Shown: in pieces, positions 26,727 to 35,829 of the stretch
Layout of the letters: each line of letters opens with the position of its first letter
How positions within the stretch are numbered: the stretch's first letter is position 1
Source of the DNA: Thermoplasmata archaeon
GTDB lineage: Archaea; Thermoplasmatota; Thermoplasmata; RBG-16-68-12; JAGMCJ01
Direction of reading: 5' to 3'
DNA length: 64,000 bases
NCBI GenBank assembly: GCA_023136265.1
Contig: JAGLRN010000025.1
Location: 12,470-76,469 of the forward strand
Made by a program: the position numbers and the translations under genes
Notes under the pieces: generated by a model
The model's database searches: none
What the model was told of the DNA's origin: nothing
What the model saw: only the letters and a program-made list of their open reading frames with translations

Positions 26727-27275
26727 ATGAGTGACGTCAGAAACATCAAGATGAAGGTCTGTCTCATTGGAGAGTTTGCCGTCGGCAAGACGAGTCTGAT
26801 ACAGAGATATGTCTACGACACTTTCAGTGATAGGTACATACAGACGATTGGTGCGAAGATCACGAAAAAGGCCCTATTGCTCCAATATCCTGAGCGGAAC
26901 ACGAATCTTGATGTCGACCTAACGCTTTGGGACATCATGGGGGAGAAGGGGTTCCGAGAGCTCCTCAAAGAGGCGTACTTCTACGGCGCCCAGGGTCTCT
27001 TGGCGGTTTGCGATATGACAAGGGAAGACACGTACTACGAACTCCCCACGTGGATCAGCGCTGTAGAGAGAATAGCAGGATCCGTTCCCATTGTCTTCTT
27101 GGGAAACAAGGTGGATCTCACGGAGTCCAAGACCGTAGAGGAAAACGACATGAAGATGATCGGAGATTCCTACGACTCGTCATATCTTCTGACAAGCGCG
27201 AGAACGGGAAGGAACGTGGAGACCGCATTCATGAGAATCGCAGACAAAATCGCGGGAAAGGATGTCCTTGCATAG
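26727..27275 (+). CDS. Rab-like small GTPase 3
   Basis: ATG follows a GGAGG. GEFAVGKTS, WDIMGE, NKVD, SARTG. Confidence 0.93.
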   Translation: MSDVRNIKMKVCLIGEFAVGKTSLIQRYVYDTFSDRYIQTIGAKITKKALLLQYPERNTNLDVDLTLWDIMGEKGFRELLKEAYFYGAQGLLAVCDMTREDTYYELPTWISAVERIAGSVPIVFLGNKVDLTESKTVEENDMKMIGDSYDSSYLLTSARTGRNVETAFMRIADKIAGKDVLA

Positions 27276-27316
27276 GCTTCATTCTCAATCTCGATAATTG
27301 CGGGGTAGGGTTCTTA

Positions 27317-27901
27317 ATGGCGTCTTCAGATGTGTTTCCTGCAATGTCTCTGGAATCGAAGGACCTCGAGATAGTGAAGACGAAGATCTGCCTTGTCGGA
27401 GAGGCGGCAGTAGGCAAGACCAGCCTGATTCGGAGGTATGTCCTTGACATGTTCGAGGATCTCTACATAGCTACGCTGGGAGCCAAGGTAACGAAGAAAG
27501 GCTTGCTGCTCCCGAAGCTCGATGGCGGCAACGACATTAAGGTCAACCTGATGATCTGGGACATCATGGGAGAGAAGGGGTTCCGAGAACTCCTCAAGGA
27601 AGCTTACTTCCATGGAGCTCAGGGCATACTGGCAGTCTGTGATGTCACCCGAAAGGACACGCTCCTGGAACTGAAGAACTGGATCGACTCGGTCACCAAG
27701 GTCACCGGCGAAGTCCCCGTAAGGTTCGTTGCCAACAAGATCGACTTGAAGGATGAGGCGCAGTTCGGAGAGGACGATGTGAGGGAGCTGAGCGAGGAAA
27801 TAGGTTCATCCTACCTCATGACCAGTGCAATGACTGGAGACGGAGTGGAGCAAGTTTTCGAGGAGATCGCGAGACTCATCGTGAAGAACATTGAGAGATA
27901 A
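27317..27901 (+). CDS. Rab-like small GTPase 4 (alternative start 27344)
   Basis: GEAAVGKTS, WDIMGE, NKID, SAMTG. Confidence 0.92.
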   Translation: MASSDVFPAMSLESKDLEIVKTKICLVGEAAVGKTSLIRRYVLDMFEDLYIATLGAKVTKKGLLLPKLDGGNDIKVNLMIWDIMGEKGFRELLKEAYFHGAQGILAVCDVTRKDTLLELKNWIDSVTKVTGEVPVRFVANKIDLKDEAQFGEDDVRELSEEIGSSYLMTSAMTGDGVEQVFEEIARLIVKNIER

Positions 27902-28041
27902 TCCTCCAGAGTCTCTTTTCTTCGTTCTGTGGTTCGAGAAATCATCTTGCCAGAGTCCGCCGTTCATATACAAACATTTAAGAGGGTGCAGAATTTATAT
28001 CAGAATTGCCTAGGTATGAGTGCATCCAGATTGGTGAATCG

Positions 28042-30027
28042 ATGAGTGGGGAGCCTACGAACTCTTCAGATGATGAGGACTTGCCTCCGATAGATGAGTG
28101 GATGGTGGGTCAGGACATCGGGTCCACTGCGGAGATTGAGATACCTTCAAGCCTCGTGGAACAGGTGATAGGTCAGGACGAGTCCGTTGTGGTCATCAAG
28201 AAAGCCGCAGAGCAGAAAAGGCATGTGATGCTCATAGGCGATCCAGGGACTGGAAAGTCGATGCTCGCCAACTCCATGGTAGAGCTGCTCTCAAAGGAGG
28301 AACTCCAGGACATTCTCGTCTATCACAATCCGGAGGACCCCAACGAGCCTAGGATAAGGGTAGTGCCCGCTGGCAAGGGAAAGGAGATAGTGAGTGCCCA
28401 GAAAGCGGAGGCCATGCAGAGAAGGGAGCAAAAAGCCTCTCTAATGATGACCATCATGTTCATAATCGTGGGGCTGGCCGTGATGCTCTCCATAAGGTAC
28501 GATTCTGCCACTGGAGCTATCTCCATCGACCCCACACCCCTGATGATAGGCATCTTGATAGCATTCCTGATTTTTATGTTCTCCAGATACACTGGACATA
28601 GGCAGGAAGCTCAGATGATACCCAAACTGCTGGTGTCCCACGATCCTGATGATCTTCCGCCTTTCATCGATGCCACAGGATCTCATGCCGGCGCTCTTCT
28701 TGGAGATGTTAAGCACGATCCCTTCCAGTCGGGCGGTCTGGAGACGCCGTCTCACGACAGAGTGGACGCAGGTGCAATCCACCGCGCCCACAAGGGCGTT
28801 CTCTTCCTCGATGAGATCAACATGCTAAGGTTGGAGAGCCAGCAGAGCCTGCTTACCGCCTTGCAGGAGAAGAAGTTCAGCATAGTCGGTCAGAGCGAGA
28901 GAAGCTCTGGAGCCATGGTGAAGACGGAAGCGGTGCCTTGCGATTTCATACTCGTGGCGGCTGGGAATCTGGATGCGGTCTCTGGCATGCATCCCGCCCT
29001 GAGGTCCAGAATAAGAGGCTACGGCTACGAGGTCTATATGAAGAGCATCATGAACGACACGCATAGCAACAGAGTGAAGCTCATCAGATTCGTAGCGCAA
29101 GAAGTGTCCAAAGACAAGAAGATCCCTCACTTCGATAAGGGTGCCGTCACCGAGATCCTCCGAGAGGCGAGAAGGCGGAGCGGGAGGAAGGGAAGGCTGA
29201 CCTTGCGCTTGAGAGAGCTGGGCGGCCTCATCCGAGTCGCTGGGGACATCGCCACAGAGGATAAGGCTCCGCTCGTCACAGCCGATCACGTTTACAGAGG
29301 AAAGAAGATTGCCAGGTCGCTCGAGCAGCAGATCGCAGACAGGATAATAGAAGACAGGAAGATGTACGCCACATCCATGGTCGAGGGAGAGGCTGTCGGA
29401 GTTGTCAACGGTCTGGCGGTCCTGCACGGTGCAAGCGGCATGGTGGAATTCTCCGGCATCCTTCTTCCGATTGTGGCTGAGGTGACTCCAGCCCAGACGA
29501 AGGACGGCGGGAAGATAATCGCAACGGGGAAGCTGGGAGAGATAGCCAGAGAATCCGTGCAGAACGTGTCCGCCCTAATCAAGAAGTTCACGGGCCAGGA
29601 CATAAGTAATCACGATATTCACGTTCAGTTCGTCGGAAGCAGTGAAGGAACAGAAGGGGATTCCGCTTCCATATCGGTTGCCACGGCTGTGATATCCGCA
29701 CTTGAGGATGTGGAGGTCGACCAGAGCGTCGGAATGACAGGGTCGCTGAGCGTCAGAGGGCAGGTCCTTCCGGTTGGTGCCGTGACGGCCAAGATAGAGG
29801 CGGCTGCAGAGATGGGTCTCAAGAAGGTAATCATTCCCAAGTCCAATATGAAGGATGTCCTGCTGGAGGACAAGTACATAGGGGAGATCGAAGTGATCCC
29901 AGTCGAGACGCTCAAGGATGTTCTAGTGCACGCGCTCGTCGGAAAGAGGAAGGAGGGTCTTCTGGAGAAACTGGCTGCGTTGGTCTCGAAATCGACGACA
30001 CCGATCGATAGAGCCATTCCCCAATAA
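28042..30027 (+). CDS. lonB: Archaeal membrane-anchored Lon protease LonB
   Basis: Walker A GDPGTGKS, two TM helices inside the AAA+ domain, Walker B LFLDE, catalytic EGDSAS and a later K (TAKIEAA). Confidence 0.96.
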   Translation: MSGEPTNSSDDEDLPPIDEWMVGQDIGSTAEIEIPSSLVEQVIGQDESVVVIKKAAEQKRHVMLIGDPGTGKSMLANSMVELLSKEELQDILVYHNPEDPNEPRIRVVPAGKGKEIVSAQKAEAMQRREQKASLMMTIMFIIVGLAVMLSIRYDSATGAISIDPTPLMIGILIAFLIFMFSRYTGHRQEAQMIPKLLVSHDPDDLPPFIDATGSHAGALLGDVKHDPFQSGGLETPSHDRVDAGAIHRAHKGVLFLDEINMLRLESQQSLLTALQEKKFSIVGQSERSSGAMVKTEAVPCDFILVAAGNLDAVSGMHPALRSRIRGYGYEVYMKSIMNDTHSNRVKLIRFVAQEVSKDKKIPHFDKGAVTEILREARRRSGRKGRLTLRLRELGGLIRVAGDIATEDKAPLVTADHVYRGKKIARSLEQQIADRIIEDRKMYATSMVEGEAVGVVNGLAVLHGASGMVEFSGILLPIVAEVTPAQTKDGGKIIATGKLGEIARESVQNVSALIKKFTGQDISNHDIHVQFVGSSEGTEGDSASISVATAVISALEDVEVDQSVGMTGSLSVRGQVLPVGAVTAKIEAAAEMGLKKVIIPKSNMKDVLLEDKYIGEIEVIPVETLKDVLVHALVGKRKEGLLEKLAALVSKSTTPIDRAIPQ

Positions 30028-30039
30028 GAAGGGGTTCAT

Positions 30040-30192
30040 TTGAGCCAGACGGAAAGCTGCGACGAATATGCCTTTCACAAGGAATTGGACAGCGATCTCG
30101 ACGACGAATCTTGCGAGCATTGCTCGAAGTACCTGACAGTCTACTGCCCCCACATAGATGAGTTCTTTGAGGAGGGTTTCGATGAGGACTGA
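30040..30192 (+). CDS. Small acidic Cys/His-rich protein (50 aa), absent from the ORF track
   Basis: TTG start after GAAGGGG. MSQTESCDEYAFHKELDSDLDDESCEHCSKYLTVYCPHIDEFFEEGFDED* fills the lonB-nadM gap and overlaps the nadM start. Confidence 0.7.
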   Translation: MSQTESCDEYAFHKELDSDLDDESCEHCSKYLTVYCPHIDEFFEEGFDED

Positions 30193-30736
30193 CTCATGGC
30201 CACTCTTCATTGGCAGATTTCAACCTTTCCACAGAGGACACCTGGCCATGGTGAAACTGATACTAGAAGAACACGGCGGTATCAGGTTCGGAATAGGGAG
30301 TTCCCAGTACAAGGATACTGAGAAGAACCCCTTCTCATTTGAGGAGAGGGCCGTGATGATAAGGTCAACGATGGAGAAGGAGGGGTTCGAGGATTACGGG
30401 ATCGTGGCAATTGAGGACTTGCACAACGACAAACTGTGGGTCGACCAATTTGCGGATCTCGTCCCTGACCTGCAGGTTGTCTACTCGAATGACCCACTGA
30501 CAATCAGACTCCTCCAGGAAAGGGGCTTTGACGCGAGGGTCATGCCCCTGGTGGAGAGGGACGCGCTCTCAGGAACCGAGGTCAGAAAGCGCATGCTGGA
30601 GGACAGAGACTGGGAGGCACTGGTTCCTCCCACTGTTCGAGACGTCCTCGTCGAAGTGGATGGACCCGAGAGAATCCGAAGAACAGCCGGGGAGACCTCA
30701 GATACAGACGAGGACCAGAAGCACGGAGACGGATAG
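30182..30736 (+). CDS. nadM: Nicotinamide-nucleotide adenylyltransferase
   Basis: FIGRFQPFHRGH, GIGSSQ, NPFSFEER, SGTEVR, W..LVP. Confidence 0.93.
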   Translation: MRTDSWPLFIGRFQPFHRGHLAMVKLILEEHGGIRFGIGSSQYKDTEKNPFSFEERAVMIRSTMEKEGFEDYGIVAIEDLHNDKLWVDQFADLVPDLQVVYSNDPLTIRLLQERGFDARVMPLVERDALSGTEVRKRMLEDRDWEALVPPTVRDVLVEVDGPERIRRTAGETSDTDEDQKHGDG

Positions 30737-31150
30737 ACCCGCGAGTATCAGGTGAGATCTTCTCCTTCTCGATTGCCTGGGTCTTCTAGCTCTGCGGAAC
30801 GGAGCGATCCTCTTGCTGTTCCGAGGCACGACGTAGACCCCCTCGCCATCGGTCACGTCCAGGGAGATATGGCTCACGAATCCCACAACGATGGAGATGA
30901 GGAGGAGACCCGTCCACACGTCACCAGCCACAACCGCGATTGCGACACAAATAGCGGAGAGCAGTGACGTCGTGAAGAAGGAATGAATCGCCGAAGACCT
31001 CTTCTCATCAGAGCGATGGTCCAAGTCGACAAGAATGGACACGATGGCCGCGTAGAAAGTGAACTCGTTGATGCCTTGGCCGACCAGTGGGAAGCTAACC
31101 AGTCCCTGAACCGCGGCCGCGAATAGAACATGAATGAGGAGAGTGGGCAT
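30698..31150 (-). CDS. Membrane-bound metal-dependent hydrolase (YdjM-like)
   Basis: N-terminal H, DLDH, HS and SHISLD motifs within hydrophobic helices. Confidence 0.7.
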   Translation of the reverse strand: MPTLLIHVLFAAAVQGLVSFPLVGQGINEFTFYAAIVSILVDLDHRSDEKRSSAIHSFFTTSLLSAICVAIAVVAGDVWTGLLLISIVVGFVSHISLDVTDGEGVYVVPRNSKRIAPFRRARRPRQSRRRRSHLILAGLSVSVLLVLVCI

Positions 31151-31154
31151 GCGA

Positions 31155-32813
31155 TCACCCCACGAACAGGATTATGAGAGGGAAAATCAGACAACCCATC
31201 AAGTGGACTCTCTTGACGCCGACCAGAGGCGGAATCATCCCAAGACACGTGGCAAGGAAAGCGATCACCAGTCCGAGGATCCCGCTCAATAGGAAGACCA
31301 TCCCGACCAGAAGGATCATGATCGTGTAGACCAGCTTCCTGTAGTCCAGATCTGAGCAGGCAAGAGCGAACCTCCGCCCAATCTTCTTCGTGAGGATGAA
31401 GCCCACACACGCTGCAATGACTCCCGAAAGGAGAAGAGTCGCCATTGCCAGAGGAACGAGCTCGATCTCGGTCCACGGCACGAGAGCGTCACCCAACTCG
31501 CTTATCATTGCATTCATGACACCGCTCCTTGCCCTGAGCAACACAAAGAGCGCCAGAAGTGTGAAGAAGCAGCTGGATGTGTTCACCGCCGAGACCGCGA
31601 CAATGAAATCCCTCTCCGAATCATCCTTCTTGTCCCGATCGTCCAGCATCTTGGCAATCACAGTCGCCGTTGCGTTGCTGATTCCAGGAAACCAGCCCGC
31701 GACGCATCCCGCCACTGCACCCTTCAGACCTGAGGAGAAACGACCGCGGAAGAGCTCTCCTTCGCTGATCTCCACGCATTGCTCAGGGATTCCGGTGTTC
31801 CTCGCAAGACTCAGAATCAGTGTGGAAAGCCCGAACAACCCAGTGAAGAGAGGGAAGAGGCCGACGGAGCTTTTGTCGATAACGAGTGAAGGGAAAGGGA
31901 ACCAGTTGGTTCCAAAGAGGCCGGTCGAAAGAACGACGTATCCCAATAGCCCGGAGACCAGAAACACGCCGAGTGCCCAGATCTTAGTCAGAAGGGCCTG
32001 TCGATACGAGGGAGATGGCTCAACAATCCCCGCTACGTACGCCTTGTCGCCCTCCTTGAGTCTGCACGGTGACTCGAACTCCAATCTCACCGATCCATTC
32101 CCATTCGAAAGCAGGGCGAATCGAGACTTTCGCCTCAGAATCGTTCCCTCAACAACGACCGCCTTCCAGAAGTGATGCGAGGATGGGGTCCCTGTCCCCG
32201 CTCCTACGAGTTCATGCATCCGCCGGAATTCCCGCTCGTCTCTCAGTATGCCGCCAGAAGTGCAGCGGAGCATGGGCTTGCATCTTTCCATTCTCGTCCG
32301 CTCACTCACGATAAGCAGGGCGACGACCGTCACGAGTATGAGCGGTATCGACCACGAGAGCTTCTCGTAGACGTGAAGCGGACTTCCCATCAGAAACCTG
32401 GCAGGGAACATCAGGCACAGGAAGAAGAACAGTGCAACCAAGCTCCCGAATGCGGACAGGAGGACCGCTTCGTATCCTCTGCCCTTCAGCAGCATTCTGT
32501 GACCTGGCAGGACGGAGAGTGCTGTGTCCGCATCAGGCGCGCCAAGAAACACAGATGGTATGTAGTCGAGGAATGTGTGCGAAACCGCGTTGGCGATGAT
32601 GACGCAGCATATCAGGATGAGGATGTCTGCGTATGTTGGTTCGGCCCAGCCAACGAGAAAGGTGACGAGGGTGGTCAGCTGAGTGTGGAGAGCCACGAAG
32701 GAGGCGGCAACGAGATTCACGTGGATGCCAGGAGTCAAGCCTGTGATCACTCCGAGCGCCGTGCCAACCATTGAGAGGAGGACAACGCACAGCACAAGCA
32801 AGACTGGTTCCAT
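31155..32813 (-). CDS. Tripartite tricarboxylate transporter TctA-family (DUF112) membrane protein with a soluble insertion
   Basis: TGLTPGIHVN, HTFLDYIPSVFLGAPD..TALSVLPGHRMLL.GRG, RARSG, VKRVHLMG. Confidence 0.85.
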   Translation of the reverse strand: MEPVLLVLCVVLLSMVGTALGVITGLTPGIHVNLVAASFVALHTQLTTLVTFLVGWAEPTYADILILICCVIIANAVSHTFLDYIPSVFLGAPDADTALSVLPGHRMLLKGRGYEAVLLSAFGSLVALFFFLCLMFPARFLMGSPLHVYEKLSWSIPLILVTVVALLIVSERTRMERCKPMLRCTSGGILRDEREFRRMHELVGAGTGTPSSHHFWKAVVVEGTILRRKSRFALLSNGNGSVRLEFESPCRLKEGDKAYVAGIVEPSPSYRQALLTKIWALGVFLVSGLLGYVVLSTGLFGTNWFPFPSLVIDKSSVGLFPLFTGLFGLSTLILSLARNTGIPEQCVEISEGELFRGRFSSGLKGAVAGCVAGWFPGISNATATVIAKMLDDRDKKDDSERDFIVAVSAVNTSSCFFTLLALFVLLRARSGVMNAMISELGDALVPWTEIELVPLAMATLLLSGVIAACVGFILTKKIGRRFALACSDLDYRKLVYTIMILLVGMVFLLSGILGLVIAFLATCLGMIPPLVGVKRVHLMGCLIFPLIILFVG

Positions 32814-32964
32814 CAGCTTAGTATCGAGGGATTCCAGCTTAACCCTGATTGAAAACACACTTGTCCGATTGTCTCACATCGAACCTGTATTCCGGAACCG
32901 TTTGACAGCTGGACGTTTTGTTCAGGAAAGACCTTTAATATCCATTGGCCAATCGTGTTTCAGG

Positions 32965-34380
32965 ATGCACTACCTCGCGAGGAAGCTGTCGGAAGAGATG
33001 CTGAAGAAGAGGGAAGTCCTTATTGTCACTCACATAGACGCCGATGGAATCACCGCGGGCTCCATTGCCCACAGTTCCCTCACGCGAGCAGGAATCGACC
33101 ACGACATTCTGTTCGTGAAGAGCCTTGACGATGAGGCGGTCGGAAGAATCCTCGAACGAAGCCCTGAGTTCGTGTGGTTCACAGACATCGGTGCCGGCAG
33201 TTACGACCTGATCTCCGAGATTCCAGGAATCGTCACCGATCATCACGTCCCATCGGAATCGTTCGCTGGATGCAGCAGCGGTCGTCTGCTTCCCCCAATC
33301 CGGGCCGAAGGGCCCAATATGTTGAACCCACACTTGTACGGCCTGGATGGTGCTCTGGACTTGAGCGGAGCGGGAGTAACGTACATCCTCGCGAAGGAGA
33401 TGAGCAGCGAGAATGTGCACCTTTCTGGTCTGGCGGTCGTGGGTGCAGTTGGAGATATGCAGGACCAGAACCACAGGCGGCTCATCGGTTCGAACAGGAG
33501 AATACTCAGAGACGCTGAGGAATACGGCTCTGTGAGAATCGATACGGACATCCGGTACTTCGGCAGAGAGACTCGCCCCGTGACCAGGCTCCTCAAGTAC
33601 TCGACCGACCCGTTATTGCCTGGCCTCAACGGCAACCACAGTGCTTGCGTTAGGTTCCTTGAAGAGATCGGGATACCCGTCAAGGCAGGAGATGAGTGGA
33701 GATGCTGGTCCGATCTGAGCTCCTCTGAGAAGCAGAGCCTTGTCTCTGCTCTCGTGACACTGTTGCTGGAATCGGGTCTAGGCCGTGAGCACATCGAGAG
33801 AATCGTGGGGGAGTGCTACACGCTCGTTCGAGAAAAGGAGGGATCGGTCCTCCGCGACGCAAAGGAGTTCGCCACGCTGTTGAATTCTTGTGGCAGATAT
33901 GACAAGGCAGAGGTCGGCATGGAAATCTGTCTCGGGAACAGAGAGGAGAGCCTCGATGAGGCACTCGGTCTGCTCCGGACGCACAGGAAGTATCTCGTCG
34001 AATCCCTCGAAGTGGCTGCCGACATGGGAATCATCGTGTTGGACCATCTCCAGTATTTTCATGGAGGAACAAGAATAAAAGACACGGTCATCGGAATCAC
34101 GGCGGGGATCATGATGTCCTCTCCCGAGGTTGACAAGTCGCGTCCTCTCTTCGCCTTCGCGCATTCAGACGAGGGAGTGAAGGTCTCTGCCAGAGCAACG
34201 AAGTCCCTCGTTTCGAGGGGTCTTGACCTTTCCGTTGTCATGAGGGAAGCCGCCGAAACTATGGGCGGGGCGGGAGGAGGTCACAATATCGCCGCCGGTG
34301 CGACCATCCCGTACAACAGAGAAGATGAGTTTCTCGAACTGGCGCAGAACATCATTATGAACCAAATGAGACCCGAGTGA
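32965..34380 (+). CDS. RecJ-like DHH/DHHA1 phosphoesterase
   Basis: HIDADG, FTDIG, TDHH, GAVGD, GGGHNIAAGA. Confidence 0.92.
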   Translation: MHYLARKLSEEMLKKREVLIVTHIDADGITAGSIAHSSLTRAGIDHDILFVKSLDDEAVGRILERSPEFVWFTDIGAGSYDLISEIPGIVTDHHVPSESFAGCSSGRLLPPIRAEGPNMLNPHLYGLDGALDLSGAGVTYILAKEMSSENVHLSGLAVVGAVGDMQDQNHRRLIGSNRRILRDAEEYGSVRIDTDIRYFGRETRPVTRLLKYSTDPLLPGLNGNHSACVRFLEEIGIPVKAGDEWRCWSDLSSSEKQSLVSALVTLLLESGLGREHIERIVGECYTLVREKEGSVLRDAKEFATLLNSCGRYDKAEVGMEICLGNREESLDEALGLLRTHRKYLVESLEVAADMGIIVLDHLQYFHGGTRIKDTVIGITAGIMMSSPEVDKSRPLFAFAHSDEGVKVSARATKSLVSRGLDLSVVMREAAETMGGAGGGHNIAAGATIPYNREDEFLELAQNIIMNQMRPE

Positions 34381-34386
34381 GGCTCC

Positions 34387-35499
34387 TCATTTCTTCAGTC
34401 TTCTTATCCCGCCCAGGATGACCGCAACCGATAGAAACGCGACCAGAAGAAGTGCGGTATCGAAGCCAGGGACGGGCTCCTCGTTTTTCACCGTGATGGA
34501 CAAGACGTCTGTCTGCGAGTAGGTTCCGGCAATGTCGTAGACCTTTGCGTATATCGTATGGGACCCGTCGGAGAGCGTTGTCGTGTCGATATCGTGCTGC
34601 CATGTCGATGTTCCTTCCACCTCAACCCAGAGCCCGTCATCGATCTTCAGGAAGACCTCGGATAGTGTCCGGCCGCCTGTGCAGCTCCCCTCAACGGTCA
34701 AGTCGCCTGAAACGGTGCCATCCGAGGAATCGGCGATCGTGGTCACTGGAGGTTCCCCGAACATGACATTGACTGACTGATAGATCCCGCCATCTGAATC
34801 CACCTGAAGAAAGGCCGCGGCACCCATGTTCTCGACGATCCACGAGCCGTCCAGTGCGAAGGTCACCGACTGGGTCGTTGGGGAACTCACCAAATCCACC
34901 GAAGTCTCGTTGTAAGCCCTCATGGTGTAGTTGTAGATCTTACCACCAACCTCCAGGATGTTCTCGAACAAGACGACTCTGAGAAAGAGATTCTGGCCCG
35001 CCAGCGATTCGCTGCTATCCATTGACGCGTTGAGCGTTGCAGATCCGCTGCCCAGGTCGTATTTGAGTCCCATGCTCACCGGTGTATCAACCTGAAGGCT
35101 CTCCTGGACAAAGGTGAGATACCTGTCGAAGGCCTCTTCGTAAGATGTCGCTCTGTCACTTTTGAACTCACCATCGAGGAATAGAGAGGGGAGCCCGGAA
35201 TCTCCATACGTGTGCCAACGAGCATCCGATTCATTGGTTCTCAACGGGTCCGTCAGGGTCACGTGATACTGAATGACGGACAGTCGTTCAGGACCGATGA
35301 CTCTCAGCAGTCTGTCGGCAACCGCATCGGCGTATGGGCAGCCTGAGCACCAAGTTGCCGTGAGCAACTCGAGTGTGACGGTTCTATCGCCATTCGATCG
35401 CGTTCCTGGCGGGTCCGCCGATACGCTCTCATGCGCCTGAGTGACTGTCAGCAACAAGCAAACAAGGCTCAGGACCGCAACTACTCTCAGGAGATTCAA
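34387..35499 (-). CDS. Secreted thioredoxin-like (Omp28-like) + Ig-like protein with PGF-CTERM sorting signal
   Basis: Signal peptide, LELLTATWCSGCP, Ig-like 'DTTTLSDGSHTI', and C-terminal VPGF + TM + RRLKK. Confidence 0.8.
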   Translation of the reverse strand: MNLLRVVAVLSLVCLLLTVTQAHESVSADPPGTRSNGDRTVTLELLTATWCSGCPYADAVADRLLRVIGPERLSVIQYHVTLTDPLRTNESDARWHTYGDSGLPSLFLDGEFKSDRATSYEEAFDRYLTFVQESLQVDTPVSMGLKYDLGSGSATLNASMDSSESLAGQNLFLRVVLFENILEVGGKIYNYTMRAYNETSVDLVSSPTTQSVTFALDGSWIVENMGAAAFLQVDSDGGIYQSVNVMFGEPPVTTIADSSDGTVSGDLTVEGSCTGGRTLSEVFLKIDDGLWVEVEGTSTWQHDIDTTTLSDGSHTIYAKVYDIAGTYSQTDVLSITVKNEEPVPGFDTALLLVAFLSVAVILGGIRRLKK

Positions 35500-35768
35500 G
35501 TTCCCACCGTATCCTGGCGATAAACAGGCAATCGGTTATTAATAGTCCACGTCTGTGATTGCTCTCCCTTGACCCGTGTCCCCTCTACTGGAGATATGAC
35601 ATGGGACGATCCAAATATCTGAAGGCAGTAGGGCGGTGCGGACTGATCGAAACCCTCAATCCGAGAGGCCCCTATCTCGGTCATCACGTCAGCGGCGGTA
35701 TTCGTGTCATTGAACCCGGGGAATGCCGAAATCATACCCACTCCTCCACCCTTTGACGCCAGTCTCAA
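35496..35768 (-). pseudogene. Possible degenerate fragment of a surface-protein C-terminal domain
   Basis: FPGFN....ADV..EIGASRIEGFD..APPY.L..., ending in WTI, resembles from memory the C-terminal module of Thermoplasmata surface proteins. There is no signal peptide and no N-terminal part. Confidence 0.35.
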
Positions 35769-35829
35769 CCGAGGTATTCTGGAATCCTATGGATGCTATG
35801 CAATGTTTGTCGCGAAGTTGTCGCGCCCG

